Shown piece by piece: positions 49,722 to 59,332 of a DNA stretch of 64,000 nucleotides. Position 1 is the stretch's first letter; every line of letters begins with the position of its first letter. Below the pieces are notes generated by a model that made no database searches, was not told the origin of the DNA, and was given only the letters and a program-made list of their open reading frames with translations. The position numbers and the translations under genes are program-made. This DNA is from Clostridia bacterium (GTDB lineage: Bacteria > Bacillota > Clostridia > TANB77 > CAG-508), in the NCBI GenBank assembly GCA_045643205.1, contig JAZUKI010000010.1, positions 32,001 to 96,000 on the forward strand. Reading direction: 5' to 3'.

Positions 49722-52700
49722 ATGGACGTAAAAGACTATAGAGAAATAACTAAAAGTTATTTTAAAAGAGAAAACTTTGCTATGAGCGCAAAAGAAGACA
49801 AAGATAAAGAGATGGATAGTAAAATATTGGATTGCATTATTAGAGAGCAACCACTAATAGGTATGTCTGTCTATGAATTTATGCTTAAAGACTCTTTATA
49901 TGTTTTAAATTCAATATATCCAAATGTTTCTTCAGAAGATGCAAGCAACTTAGATAGAAGAATATCAAAGCACCTTGAAAATAATATGGATAGAACTAGG
50001 GATGAAAAACTAGCAATATTAGAAAAAATGCTTAAAGAAAATAAAAACAAAATAGATTATAGACGATTACTATTAAATACCGTTGTAAGTTTCAGGGGTG
50101 CTATTGAATATGCAAAAGCAGAAGGAAGTAGTAATAGTAAAATACAGAAAATTGAAATGCTTAGAAAAGAAACAATAGAAAGAATCAGACCATTTAGACC
50201 TACAACTGAGGATCCTGAAGTATATATGACTGGTCCAGGACAAAAAGAAGATCAAGTTGTTATTACTTATAGCAACTGGGATGAAGTAGTTAATGGTAAA
50301 CCTAGCAAAAATGATGTTGATGTAGGATTAAATGAAAATGAAAAAAAACAAGTAGAAGACTTTTTTGATTTTGAAGATATAAGAGTAATACCTGAAGGTT
50401 ATGAATGTGCAAGTAATGTTGATAATTATATGGCATATTCACTTGAAAAAGTGGAAAAAATTGATAATACAATTAAAGTATCTGATGCAAATGTCATAAT
50501 AAGAAGTATTATGAAACAACCTGAATATAGAAGAGCAATTTCTCCTGAAAAATATCATTTTATTGCTTTATATAGAATGCTAGAATTTATTGAAAGTTAT
50601 GTTATGCTAGAGAATGATGAAACATTTAAAAAATTAAAAGATAAAACAGGCGCTTTAAAACTTACAAGAAAGCTTCAAGAGTTAGTAAATAATGACGCTA
50701 AAGAAGGCAAACGAGTAGATGAACCTTTCATACTTTTTATGGATGCACATAGAATAGAAACAAAATATAAATATAATACTTCAATAGTAGCGGATTATGA
50801 TAAAATCAATCAAGACTATGAACTTAGTAAAGATAGAATATATGGATGTATCGATAGGTTAACAATAGAAAATATTAAAGACTTTTATGATGGAATAACA
50901 GATGAATTTGAGAAAAAGATGATAAGAAGTGATCCAATGTCATTAATAGATTTATATCAAGAAGGCATAATACCATTAACAGAATTTATTATAAATATGA
51001 ATATATTAGATGGAAAAGAACAATTTTCAATAATTAATAAAGCTTGGGACAAAAAAGTAATAAAAGAACAAGATTTAAAACTTATAATAGAAGTAATGAG
51101 CAAATTAGATGCAGAAATAAAATTAATAAGCAAAGCAGATAAAGAAAAATATATAAACAGACTAGAGAATATAGTAAATGCAAAGATATTCAAAGAAAGA
51201 AGCAAAGAATTTAGTTTAAATGAAATAGAAGCAATGAGACAACGCTTTGAAGAAAAAGATTATTCTAAAAATCAAGTATTTGATGAATTATTATTAGCAG
51301 GAATTATAAATCAAGATTTATTAATTGAAAAATATTATGATGGAATGATTAAAGCAGAAGACTTAATCAATTTTACTAAGTACATTGAAAATAATGAAAA
51401 AATTAAAGATTTAGTTGATTATTCAAAGATTAAATTTGATTCAAAAGTTTTAAGCCAAGTGTATATTCAATTAAATTTAAAAAATATTGTAAATTCTTTA
51501 GTAAATAAAGAACATTTTGACAAAAAAGAATTATCTGAATTCTTTGCAACAAGACCATATATAATTAGAAATTGTACACCAGAACAATTAAAAGAATTTC
51601 AGAAAATATTAAAATTACAAACAGAATTATTACAAAAATCAGATGATAAAATGCAAAAAGAATTTATGGAAACACTTGAAGATGTTGCATGTGTACATGG
51701 AGTTACATATGATTTATTTAGTAAAGGAGTTATATCTAGATATATTGCAGAACAATATGGTGGAACAGAGTTTATAAAGCAATATCAAAAAACTCAATTG
51801 ATAGATGGATTGAGATATAATGATTTATCAAGTGTTAAAAATTTAATTAATGCTTATAACCATGGAAGAATAGATTTAAGTAAAATTTTGAAAAAATACA
51901 CTGAAGGAGAAATACCATCAGAAATCTATTTTGCATTTAAAGAAAACAGAGATATGACAGGTGCTGTTGATAAAGATTATCTTATTGGTTTATATGATAA
52001 ATACGCTAAGACAGGTAAATCAGCTGATTTAGAAAAACTTGAAAAATATTATAAAGAGTTTACTAGTATTGAAAAAGATGAAAAAGTTTTAGCAGAAATA
52101 GATAAAAAACAAGTAGAATTAATATCTGCAAAGAAAAGTAATAAATCTAATATTGTAACAATGGCTAGAAGTGGAGTTATCAATAAAGAAAATATTGCTC
52201 AAATGGATCTTGCAACAGTTGCAGAATTAATTATGTCAGGCAACACATTAAATAGAGAGACTGCTAAAGAATTATTTAGAGATATTAATGGTACTACAAC
52301 AAAGAGAGATAAATTAGAAGAATTATTCAAAATGGGAATATTAACTCAAGATGAAATGTTCACAATTCTTGCTAATGTTTATGTAGGAAATAAAGAGAGT
52401 GAAGAGAAGCAACAAGAAATTGATGCAGATAATATGAACTATTTCTTTGATAAAAATTATTTTGAATCTGAATATGATGAAATAATTATAAGAAACGAAC
52501 CAACAAGGCATAATAGAAAAAATGTAGGAACATTAAGAAACGAACAACAAAGATTTCCTATTAAGGATAGAGTTGAATTTTTATATTCATTAGATACAAA
52601 GGAATCAGTTAACTACAAAGCTGGTCCTGCATTAATTATTCAATTACCAGAAAAAAATAAAGTAATTATTGAAACATTAGGAACACCAAGTAAAGATGGT

Positions 52701-53006
52701 ACAGGAACATTATCAGATTTAACTAACCATTGCACATATATTGTTTCTAAAGATGAATTTGAAAATATTAAGGCAGAAATATTTGAAGAAAAAGAAGCTG
52801 TAATTAAAGCGAAGAGAAAAGAAGTTGAAAGCGTATTAAAGTATAGCAAACTTATAGAGATATATAACAACTATGGTAAAGAACTTGGAATAAGAAGATT
52901 TAGACATAATAAACATTGGCAATCATCCTTATTGAAATATTTTGATACAAGTGAAACTTTAGGTGGAATTCAAGACATACAAGAAAGTAAAGATATAATT
53001 GATTAA
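49722..53006 (+). CDS. Large hypothetical cytoplasmic protein (1094 aa)
   Basis: Long ORF with SD AAGGAG; no signal peptide, TM or recognised motif. Confidence 0.8.
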   Translation: MDVKDYREITKSYFKRENFAMSAKEDKDKEMDSKILDCIIREQPLIGMSVYEFMLKDSLYVLNSIYPNVSSEDASNLDRRISKHLENNMDRTRDEKLAILEKMLKENKNKIDYRRLLLNTVVSFRGAIEYAKAEGSSNSKIQKIEMLRKETIERIRPFRPTTEDPEVYMTGPGQKEDQVVITYSNWDEVVNGKPSKNDVDVGLNENEKKQVEDFFDFEDIRVIPEGYECASNVDNYMAYSLEKVEKIDNTIKVSDANVIIRSIMKQPEYRRAISPEKYHFIALYRMLEFIESYVMLENDETFKKLKDKTGALKLTRKLQELVNNDAKEGKRVDEPFILFMDAHRIETKYKYNTSIVADYDKINQDYELSKDRIYGCIDRLTIENIKDFYDGITDEFEKKMIRSDPMSLIDLYQEGIIPLTEFIINMNILDGKEQFSIINKAWDKKVIKEQDLKLIIEVMSKLDAEIKLISKADKEKYINRLENIVNAKIFKERSKEFSLNEIEAMRQRFEEKDYSKNQVFDELLLAGIINQDLLIEKYYDGMIKAEDLINFTKYIENNEKIKDLVDYSKIKFDSKVLSQVYIQLNLKNIVNSLVNKEHFDKKELSEFFATRPYIIRNCTPEQLKEFQKILKLQTELLQKSDDKMQKEFMETLEDVACVHGVTYDLFSKGVISRYIAEQYGGTEFIKQYQKTQLIDGLRYNDLSSVKNLINAYNHGRIDLSKILKKYTEGEIPSEIYFAFKENRDMTGAVDKDYLIGLYDKYAKTGKSADLEKLEKYYKEFTSIEKDEKVLAEIDKKQVELISAKKSNKSNIVTMARSGVINKENIAQMDLATVAELIMSGNTLNRETAKELFRDINGTTTKRDKLEELFKMGILTQDEMFTILANVYVGNKESEEKQQEIDADNMNYFFDKNYFESEYDEIIIRNEPTRHNRKNVGTLRNEQQRFPIKDRVEFLYSLDTKESVNYKAGPALIIQLPEKNKVIIETLGTPSKDGTGTLSDLTNHCTYIVSKDEFENIKAEIFEEKEAVIKAKRKEVESVLKYSKLIEIYNNYGKELGIRRFRHNKHWQSSLLKYFDTSETLGGIQDIQESKDIID

Positions 53007-53140
53007 TTTAAAATTTATTAAAAATTATAATTGATATTATAGTTAACAATATAAAGTATCTAATTGATTAATTGTAATTTTCTATTGAAAATTAAAGGGT
53101 TTTATGAAAAAATATATAAAGATTAACTAAGGAGAAAATA

Positions 53141-53914
53141 ATGAATAAACTATTGATAAAAATTATTGAGAGTTTTAATAGCAATGAAGAAGCTTTTAAA
53201 AAGGCAATTGCAGAAGACGAAATCAATTGTGATTTTAATTTGAAAAAAGCAACTGACATTATTGCTGCATATGATAATTTTAAACAAAGTACTTTAAACT
53301 TAAGATTAATTGCTATTACGAATGGTAATCCATATACAACTATAGTTCTATGCTTACAATCAATTCTTAACAAATCAAAAATTACAATATGTACAAATAA
53401 TGTTATGAATTCATTAAATAGCACTATAGTAAAAATTATTGCTGAGGCTTGCTCAAAGATTAATAAGCCTGAATTCTCGAATAGATTATCAGTAGAAGAT
53501 TTAGCAAATTATGCTTCTAACTATCCTAGAATGAGTATAATGGTCGCAGATGATATACCTGAGTATACACAATTACTAAAATTAAAGTTACCAGTAAGAT
53601 ATGTTCCAGTATTTTCATTAGACTTATTTTATGATTCAAATGATTTTTCTAGTTCTGTTAATACTATCGATATATATTGTGATAAACATTATATAAATTT
53701 AAATATTATTTCTGATGCTAATTTAGAGAAACTTTTAATAAAAGAAAGTAAGGAAATATCAAGTAGATCAGTACTAATTTTAACTTCTGATACAAGTAAG
53801 TTTGAAGGAGTAAAAAAAGAATTAGATTCGAAAATTGTTTATATGAATTTTAATCCGTTTGATATTTATGAAAAAGAAATAGTTGATCAAATCATAGCAA
53901 CAAAACCTTATTAA
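53141..53914 (+). CDS. Hypothetical protein, distant ProA/aldehyde dehydrogenase-fold similarity
   Basis: SD AAGGAG; IAITNGNPYTT..LCL and ILTSD......ELDSKIVYMN segments recall ProA; no catalytic Cys motif. Confidence 0.55.
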   Translation: MNKLLIKIIESFNSNEEAFKKAIAEDEINCDFNLKKATDIIAAYDNFKQSTLNLRLIAITNGNPYTTIVLCLQSILNKSKITICTNNVMNSLNSTIVKIIAEACSKINKPEFSNRLSVEDLANYASNYPRMSIMVADDIPEYTQLLKLKLPVRYVPVFSLDLFYDSNDFSSSVNTIDIYCDKHYINLNIISDANLEKLLIKESKEISSRSVLILTSDTSKFEGVKKELDSKIVYMNFNPFDIYEKEIVDQIIATKPY

Positions 53915-53944
53915 TAAAGAATAAAAAATAAAAAATAAAAAATA

Positions 53945-53983
53945 AAAATAGCAGATATACAATATGTTTATCTGCTATTTTTT
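53945..53983. terminator. Bidirectional terminator
   Basis: aaaatagcagata/tatctgctatttt between convergent genes. Confidence 0.78.
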
Positions 53984-53990
53984 TTATTTA

Positions 53991-54761
53991 CTATTTAATT
54001 TCTGTTCCGCCCCATTCTACAACAACAAATCCTGTTCTTTCTGGAGTTTCTAATTTTTGTTCAGGTACTTCAATATAATCATCTAGTGGCTTAAATTGCA
54101 TTAATACTCTAATTATTGTATCTGGTTCAGTAGAAAATTCTAATGGCATAATCTCATTTATTTCTCCTGGTGTAGCAAATCGTATATAGTTATATTTATT
54201 TTCTTGTAATTTAGGTAACCAATATACAATAAATTCTTCTGCTTCTCTTTCAGTAAGACCAAGTATTGTAAGTTTTTCTTCTAAAAATTGTATTGAATCT
54301 TCTCCTGATACAACGAATCCATCTTCAAAATTTTCTAATTCATTTTGTATTCCTTCCCAATATAAAGAATATAATTGCCTTCCTGTATTAGTATCAATTA
54401 AAGTTCCATCTGGATTAGCAATAACATTCCATCCATTTTTATAATCAGGATAAGAACAAGTTATATTTTCTGGTCTGCCTAAATTAACAGATAATTGTAT
54501 AGTTGTTTCTGGATATAAATATATAATAGGCTTGGCAAGTCCTGATGGTACATTACCCCTTGCTGAAGGAATAGAAAATCCACTACCATCATAATCTGAT
54601 GGATAAGAATTTGTAGAATTCTCATTACAATCATTACATTCAGAATCTTTAGGATAAGGCAATATTGAAAATAAAAAAACACCTATAACAAGTAATGCAA
54701 CAACTATAATAGCAATAATAAAAAATTTTGAATTATTATTTTTTGATTGATTGTTTTCCAT
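53991..54761 (-). CDS. Conserved hypothetical membrane-anchored protein (KPIIYLYP family)
   Basis: KPIIYLYP, YP.Y..GW, YSLYWEG, EFIVYWLP, EWGG; ATG 54761 after GGAGGTG. Confidence 0.82.
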   Translation of the reverse strand: MENNQSKNNNSKFFIIAIIVVALLVIGVFLFSILPYPKDSECNDCNENSTNSYPSDYDGSGFSIPSARGNVPSGLAKPIIYLYPETTIQLSVNLGRPENITCSYPDYKNGWNVIANPDGTLIDTNTGRQLYSLYWEGIQNELENFEDGFVVSGEDSIQFLEEKLTILGLTEREAEEFIVYWLPKLQENKYNYIRFATPGEINEIMPLEFSTEPDTIIRVLMQFKPLDDYIEVPEQKLETPERTGFVVVEWGGTEIK

Positions 54762-54857
54762 TTTAAACACCTCCAAAAATATATTAGAATAAAATGTACT
54801 TTTTTAAATTAATTGTATAAATAAAACAAATTAATTTAATTTATTTTACGATTAAAT

Positions 54858-55292
54858 TTATAAATATTCAATTGCTTTTCTAGCTAATTCATCACATCTG
54901 TTATTTAATTCTACGTCAGAATGTCCTTTAACTTTAATAAAATTAATTTTATGATATTGTGATAAGTTATAAAGTGCTTGCCATAATTCTTGATTTTTTA
55001 CTGGCTTTTTATCAGCAGTTTTCCAATTGTTTTTTACCCAATTGTAAATCCAACCTTTTTCAAATCCATTTACAGAATAAGCACTATCACTATATAAATC
55101 AACTTCACAAGGTCTATTTAGCATTTTTAAACCTTCGACTATAGCTGTTAATTCCATTTCATTATTAGTAGTTTCTTTTTTACCACCATTAATTTCTTTT
55201 TTGATATCTTTAAATAATAAAACAGCAGCCCATCCGCCAGGACCTGGATTTCCAGAGCAGGCTCCGTCTGTATAAATAACAACTTTGTCCAT
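54858..55292 (-). CDS. rnhA: Ribonuclease HI
   Basis: YTDGACSGNPGPGG, TTNNEMEL, SDS.Y, VKGHS, N.RCD.LA. Confidence 0.96.
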   Translation of the reverse strand: MDKVVIYTDGACSGNPGPGGWAAVLLFKDIKKEINGGKKETTNNEMELTAIVEGLKMLNRPCEVDLYSDSAYSVNGFEKGWIYNWVKNNWKTADKKPVKNQELWQALYNLSQYHKINFIKVKGHSDVELNNRCDELARKAIEYL

Positions 55293-55380
55293 GTAAACCT
55301 CCTAGGTTTGTAAATTTCTATGATTTTATGCTATTATAACAACAACAAAATTAAAAAACAAGAAGAAAGAGGAGCAATTA

Positions 55381-56550
55381 ATGGACAAAATATTAGGAAT
55401 TATTGCAGAATTCAACCCTTTTCATAATGGCCATAAACATCTAATTGATCAGGCTAAAAGTATAGTTAATCCAGACTATACTATTATTGCTATGTCTGGA
55501 AACTTTACACAAAGAGGGCAAGCATCAATTATCAATAAATTTGAAAAAACAAAAACAGTTTTAAATGCTGGTGCAAATTTAGTTATAGAAATACCTACAA
55601 TTTATAGTATTTCAAGTGCTGAAAATTTTGCCGAGGGTGGAGTAAAGACTTTAATGCAAGCAAAAGTTACTCATTTAGCATTTGGAATAGAAGATGATAA
55701 TTTAGAAATAATTAAATTGATAGCGGATACTTTAGTAGAAGAAAAAGAAGAATATAAAGTAATCTTAAAACAGTATATGAATGAAGGGTTATCTTTTGCT
55801 CAAAGTAGATGCAAAGCTTTAATCGATTATTTAAAAAACGATAAAGTAGAAGAGACAATAAATAAACCTAATAATATTTTAGCAATTGAATATTTAAAAG
55901 CTATTAAAAAATTGCATGCTAACTTTGAAATTGTTCCGGTTAAAAGAAACTCTGAATTCAATAGCAGTACAGATATAAGAAATAAAATTTTTAACAATGA
56001 AGAATATGAATATGATGTTCCTAAAGAATCATACGAAACCTTAATGGAAAATAATGGAAATTACATAAGCTTAAAGAATTTTGAAAAAATAATAATATAT
56101 AAGTTAAGAACAATGAATGAAGATTCCTTAAAAGAATTGGCAGATGTAGCAGAAGGATTAGATAATTTAATGGTAAAATATGCCAAAGAAACAAATGAAT
56201 TGGATAGCTTAATTAAAAATATAAAATCTAAAAGATATACACAAACTAGAATACAAAGAATTCTGCTATATGTTTTATTTGAAATAACAAAAGAAGATAT
56301 GAAAATGTCAAAGGAAGGTATGCCATATGTTAGAGTTTTAGGAATGGATGCAAATGGTGAAAAATTGTTAAAGAATATTGATTCAAATATTTTAATTACA
56401 TCTGTTAAAAAATTCTATGATAGCTGCAATAATAGTAATTACAAAAGATTACTTGATTTAGATATTAAAGCAACTAACATTTATTCTTTGATGACTAATA
56501 GAAAATGTAACGCTGATTTGGATTATACAGAAGGATTAATTGTAAAATAA
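55381..56550 (+). CDS. tmcAL: tRNA(Met) cytidine acetate ligase TmcAL (YlbM/UPF0348)
   Basis: GIIAEFNPFHNGH, MSGNFTQRG, PNNILAIEY, KSKRYT.TRIQR. Confidence 0.9.
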   Translation: MDKILGIIAEFNPFHNGHKHLIDQAKSIVNPDYTIIAMSGNFTQRGQASIINKFEKTKTVLNAGANLVIEIPTIYSISSAENFAEGGVKTLMQAKVTHLAFGIEDDNLEIIKLIADTLVEEKEEYKVILKQYMNEGLSFAQSRCKALIDYLKNDKVEETINKPNNILAIEYLKAIKKLHANFEIVPVKRNSEFNSSTDIRNKIFNNEEYEYDVPKESYETLMENNGNYISLKNFEKIIIYKLRTMNEDSLKELADVAEGLDNLMVKYAKETNELDSLIKNIKSKRYTQTRIQRILLYVLFEITKEDMKMSKEGMPYVRVLGMDANGEKLLKNIDSNILITSVKKFYDSCNNSNYKRLLDLDIKATNIYSLMTNRKCNADLDYTEGLIVK

Positions 56551-56736
56551 TAACTAATAAATTAGACAGTGAAATAAAAGAGAAAGATAATAATAAACAA
56601 AATAGCAAATAAAATAATAACTTAAACTCAGTAATACCAGTTATTTCCAATATTACAATAATGTTAAGTTTAATTGAAAAGGGTGGAATAGTTTCAATTT
56701 TTTATATAAACTTATAGTGTATACTTAGGAGGAGAA

Positions 56737-57297
56737 ATGGAAGAAGAGAGTTTTGCTAGTTACATATTGTCTCAAACTGATTGGGGTAAAAAATTAGAAA
56801 TAATGTTTTATCTTAAAAAGAAAACAAATATTTATTATAATAATGCAGTTATTTTTAAAACATTAATAAGCAAAATGTTTACTGAATATTTAAATGAAAA
56901 AAATCCTGATATGAATTTAGACACTAACCTTATTATAACTGCAAGATTATTATGTGATTGTTGCAAAAAAGAAGATTCGACAGATCAAGATGAGATTCAT
57001 AGCTATGCAAAAAAAGGTGCTGAATATTTAGCAACTCTTGGATTTGATGAGCGTTTTTGCCAAATATGTGAAGGAGTTAATAGATATACTTTAAAAGATA
57101 ATAGACCTATTGAAAGTGATATTATTGAACTTGCTGATCAATTTGGTGGATTAGTTTTAGACAGACCAGAAAGAAAAGGTTTTAGTCCTGAGGAAGCAAT
57201 AGAAACTATAAAAAATAATAATTTAAAAGATGTTGACAATAGAGTACTAAATCAATTTTCTGAATTTGTTAAGCTTTTAGATAGTATAGAAGCTTAA
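56737..57297 (+). CDS. Degenerate HD/HD-GYP-like domain protein
   Basis: LLCDCCK in place of LLHDIGK; GAEYL; IIELADQF...DRPERK.FSPEEAI. Confidence 0.65.
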   Translation: MEEESFASYILSQTDWGKKLEIMFYLKKKTNIYYNNAVIFKTLISKMFTEYLNEKNPDMNLDTNLIITARLLCDCCKKEDSTDQDEIHSYAKKGAEYLATLGFDERFCQICEGVNRYTLKDNRPIESDIIELADQFGGLVLDRPERKGFSPEEAIETIKNNNLKDVDNRVLNQFSEFVKLLDSIEA

Positions 57298-57307
57298 GGA
57301 GGTTATT

Positions 57308-57835
57308 ATGAGTATATTAAGTAAAAAGATTGAAGATTATAATGACTTGGTAAAAAAAGGAAAACAAGCTGATGTTTCTAAAGAGAGTGTAAAGAAAGCA
57401 TTAGACACTCACAATGAATTAAAATCAGCATTAGCAGATCAAATTAAGAAAAAATCGAAGCCAAAAGTTTTTCAAGTACAAATGCCAAACGAAGTTAAAA
57501 AGAATAAAGATAATAAAAGAATGCAAACACCTTATAGCATATTTAATTCAAGTACAGTAGTAGAAAATTTAGAAGATATAGGTGTTACTGCAGCTTCAAT
57601 TAATAGAAAATCTACAGATGATAAAGAAATAGATTTTAAAAGTGGAAACAATGGTTTACATACTGTTAAATTAAAATTTGTTGATAATTCTAATTTATAT
57701 CAAGTTGAAGAAGATAATGTTTTAAAATTAAATCCACTTCAAACTACTTTTTCAGAGAATGAATTAAATGAATATACTTTTCAAAATCCAATGTTAGATA
57801 ATTATAGAAAAAGCTTTGGTAGTGAGAGTTTCTAA
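57308..57835 (+). CDS. Hypothetical protein
   Basis: SD AAGGAGG, 10 nt after the previous stop; no motif recognised. Confidence 0.75.
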   Translation: MSILSKKIEDYNDLVKKGKQADVSKESVKKALDTHNELKSALADQIKKKSKPKVFQVQMPNEVKKNKDNKRMQTPYSIFNSSTVVENLEDIGVTAASINRKSTDDKEIDFKSGNNGLHTVKLKFVDNSNLYQVEEDNVLKLNPLQTTFSENELNEYTFQNPMLDNYRKSFGSESF

Positions 57836-58008
57836 GTTAAACAAGAGCTAATTGAAAATAACTAAAAAATACTAAATACTAAAATTGAAAACAACTAAAA
57901 ATTGAAAGCAAATAAAATTAATAAAGCAATTTAAAAATAAAAAAATTTTTGTTTTAAATTTGCTAAATTATAATTAGTGTTAATAAATTAAATTAGATTA
58001 AATTAAAT

Positions 58009-58039
58009 GAAATAGGGAAGGCTACAACCTTCCTTATTT
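58009..58039 (+). terminator. Probable intrinsic terminator
   Basis: aaatagggaagg-ctacaa-ccttccttattt. Confidence 0.6.
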
Positions 58040-58263
58040 ATATGCTTTTACAAAATTATATATAAAAAATAATGGAAAGATATAGTAATTATGGTTACTA
58101 TTTTATGGTAAGTACGATTTCCAATATTCTCCAATCGCTTATAAAATAAGCAAAAGAGCACTTGCAAAATATCAAATATATGATAAAATGACTTTGATTT
58201 TTTTTACATAATTTTATTACATAAGTTTTATCAATTAAATTTAACTTAATAAGGAGATATAAA

Positions 58264-59145
58264 ATGGACAAACAAATTAAACTATTTTTAGAATTCTTAA
58301 AGAATGAAAAGCGATTATCTGAAAACACTTTACAATCTTATAATCGTGATATTCAACAATACAAATTATTCTTAGAAATGAATAGATTAAATTATTTGAA
58401 AATCGAGAATGATGAATTACAAGAATATATTGATGGTTTAAAAGAGTTTGGAAAGAAACCTGCTACAGTATCAAGAAATTTAGCAACATTAAGATCATTC
58501 TATAATTTCCTTATGAGAACAAAGAAAATAAAAGATGATCCAACATTCAATGTACAAGCACCTAGAGTAGAAAAGAAAACACCAAGTGTTTTAACATCTG
58601 ATGAAGTTAATCTACTTCTTGAGCAACCAAAAGATGTTGATTTAAAAGGAACACGTGATAAAGCAATGCTTGAAGTTGCTTATGCTACAGGAATGAAGGT
58701 AACTGAAATTATTGATTTAAATATTGAAGACTTCAAGGAAGAACAAGGAATCATTTCTATAAAGAGTAGAAAAAGTACAAGAGATATTCCATTAGGCGGA
58801 ATGGCCATTGCAGCATTAAAAGAATATATTAGTGATGCTAGACCAATTTTATTAAAAGATGAAAACAACAGAGCATTATTTATAAACATGAATGGTTCAA
58901 GATTAACAAGACAAGGTTTTTGGAAAATAGTAAAATACTATAAAGAGAAAGCTCATATTGAAAAAGATATTACACCACACGTTTTACGTCATTCATTTGC
59001 ATCACATCTATTACAAAATGGTGCTGATATGAAGTCTATCCAAACAATGTTAGGACATTCAGATATTTCATCAACAAAAGTTTATGCTAGTTTTGAAAAT
59101 GCAGAGATAAGAGATGTTTATAAACATACTTTCCCAAGAGCATAG
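58264..59145 (+). CDS. xerD: Site-specific tyrosine recombinase XerD-like
   Basis: LSENT..SY.RD, RD.AMLE..YATG, RLTRQGFWK, TPHVLRHSFA.HLL.NGAD, LGHSDISST..Y. Confidence 0.88.
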   Translation: MDKQIKLFLEFLKNEKRLSENTLQSYNRDIQQYKLFLEMNRLNYLKIENDELQEYIDGLKEFGKKPATVSRNLATLRSFYNFLMRTKKIKDDPTFNVQAPRVEKKTPSVLTSDEVNLLLEQPKDVDLKGTRDKAMLEVAYATGMKVTEIIDLNIEDFKEEQGIISIKSRKSTRDIPLGGMAIAALKEYISDARPILLKDENNRALFINMNGSRLTRQGFWKIVKYYKEKAHIEKDITPHVLRHSFASHLLQNGADMKSIQTMLGHSDISSTKVYASFENAEIRDVYKHTFPRA

Positions 59146-59183
59146 TAATAGTAAAAGTAAATTATATTAAAAATAAATAGAAT

Positions 59184-59246
59184 AAAAAGTGGTTATTTGA
59201 AGTGGACTAAATATAGTTCACTTCAATTTTTATTAACCACTTTTTT
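59184..59246 (+). terminator. Terminator with an internal palindromic insert
   Basis: Stem aaaaagtggtta/taaccacttttt; loop ttgaagtggacta-aata-tagttcacttcaa. Confidence 0.75.
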
Positions 59247-59332
59247 CTTTTAAGTAAGTGTCATTTCTATTGTTATTTAAAATTTGTAATGATATAATTC
59301 CGTTGATTATCTATTTAATTGAAAGGATAAAA

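Noticed and set aside
58264-59145. Phage or ICE integrase marking a mobile element
   Set aside because: Size and motifs (LTRQGFWK, LGHSDISST) fit chromosomal XerD; no att repeats or mobile cargo nearby
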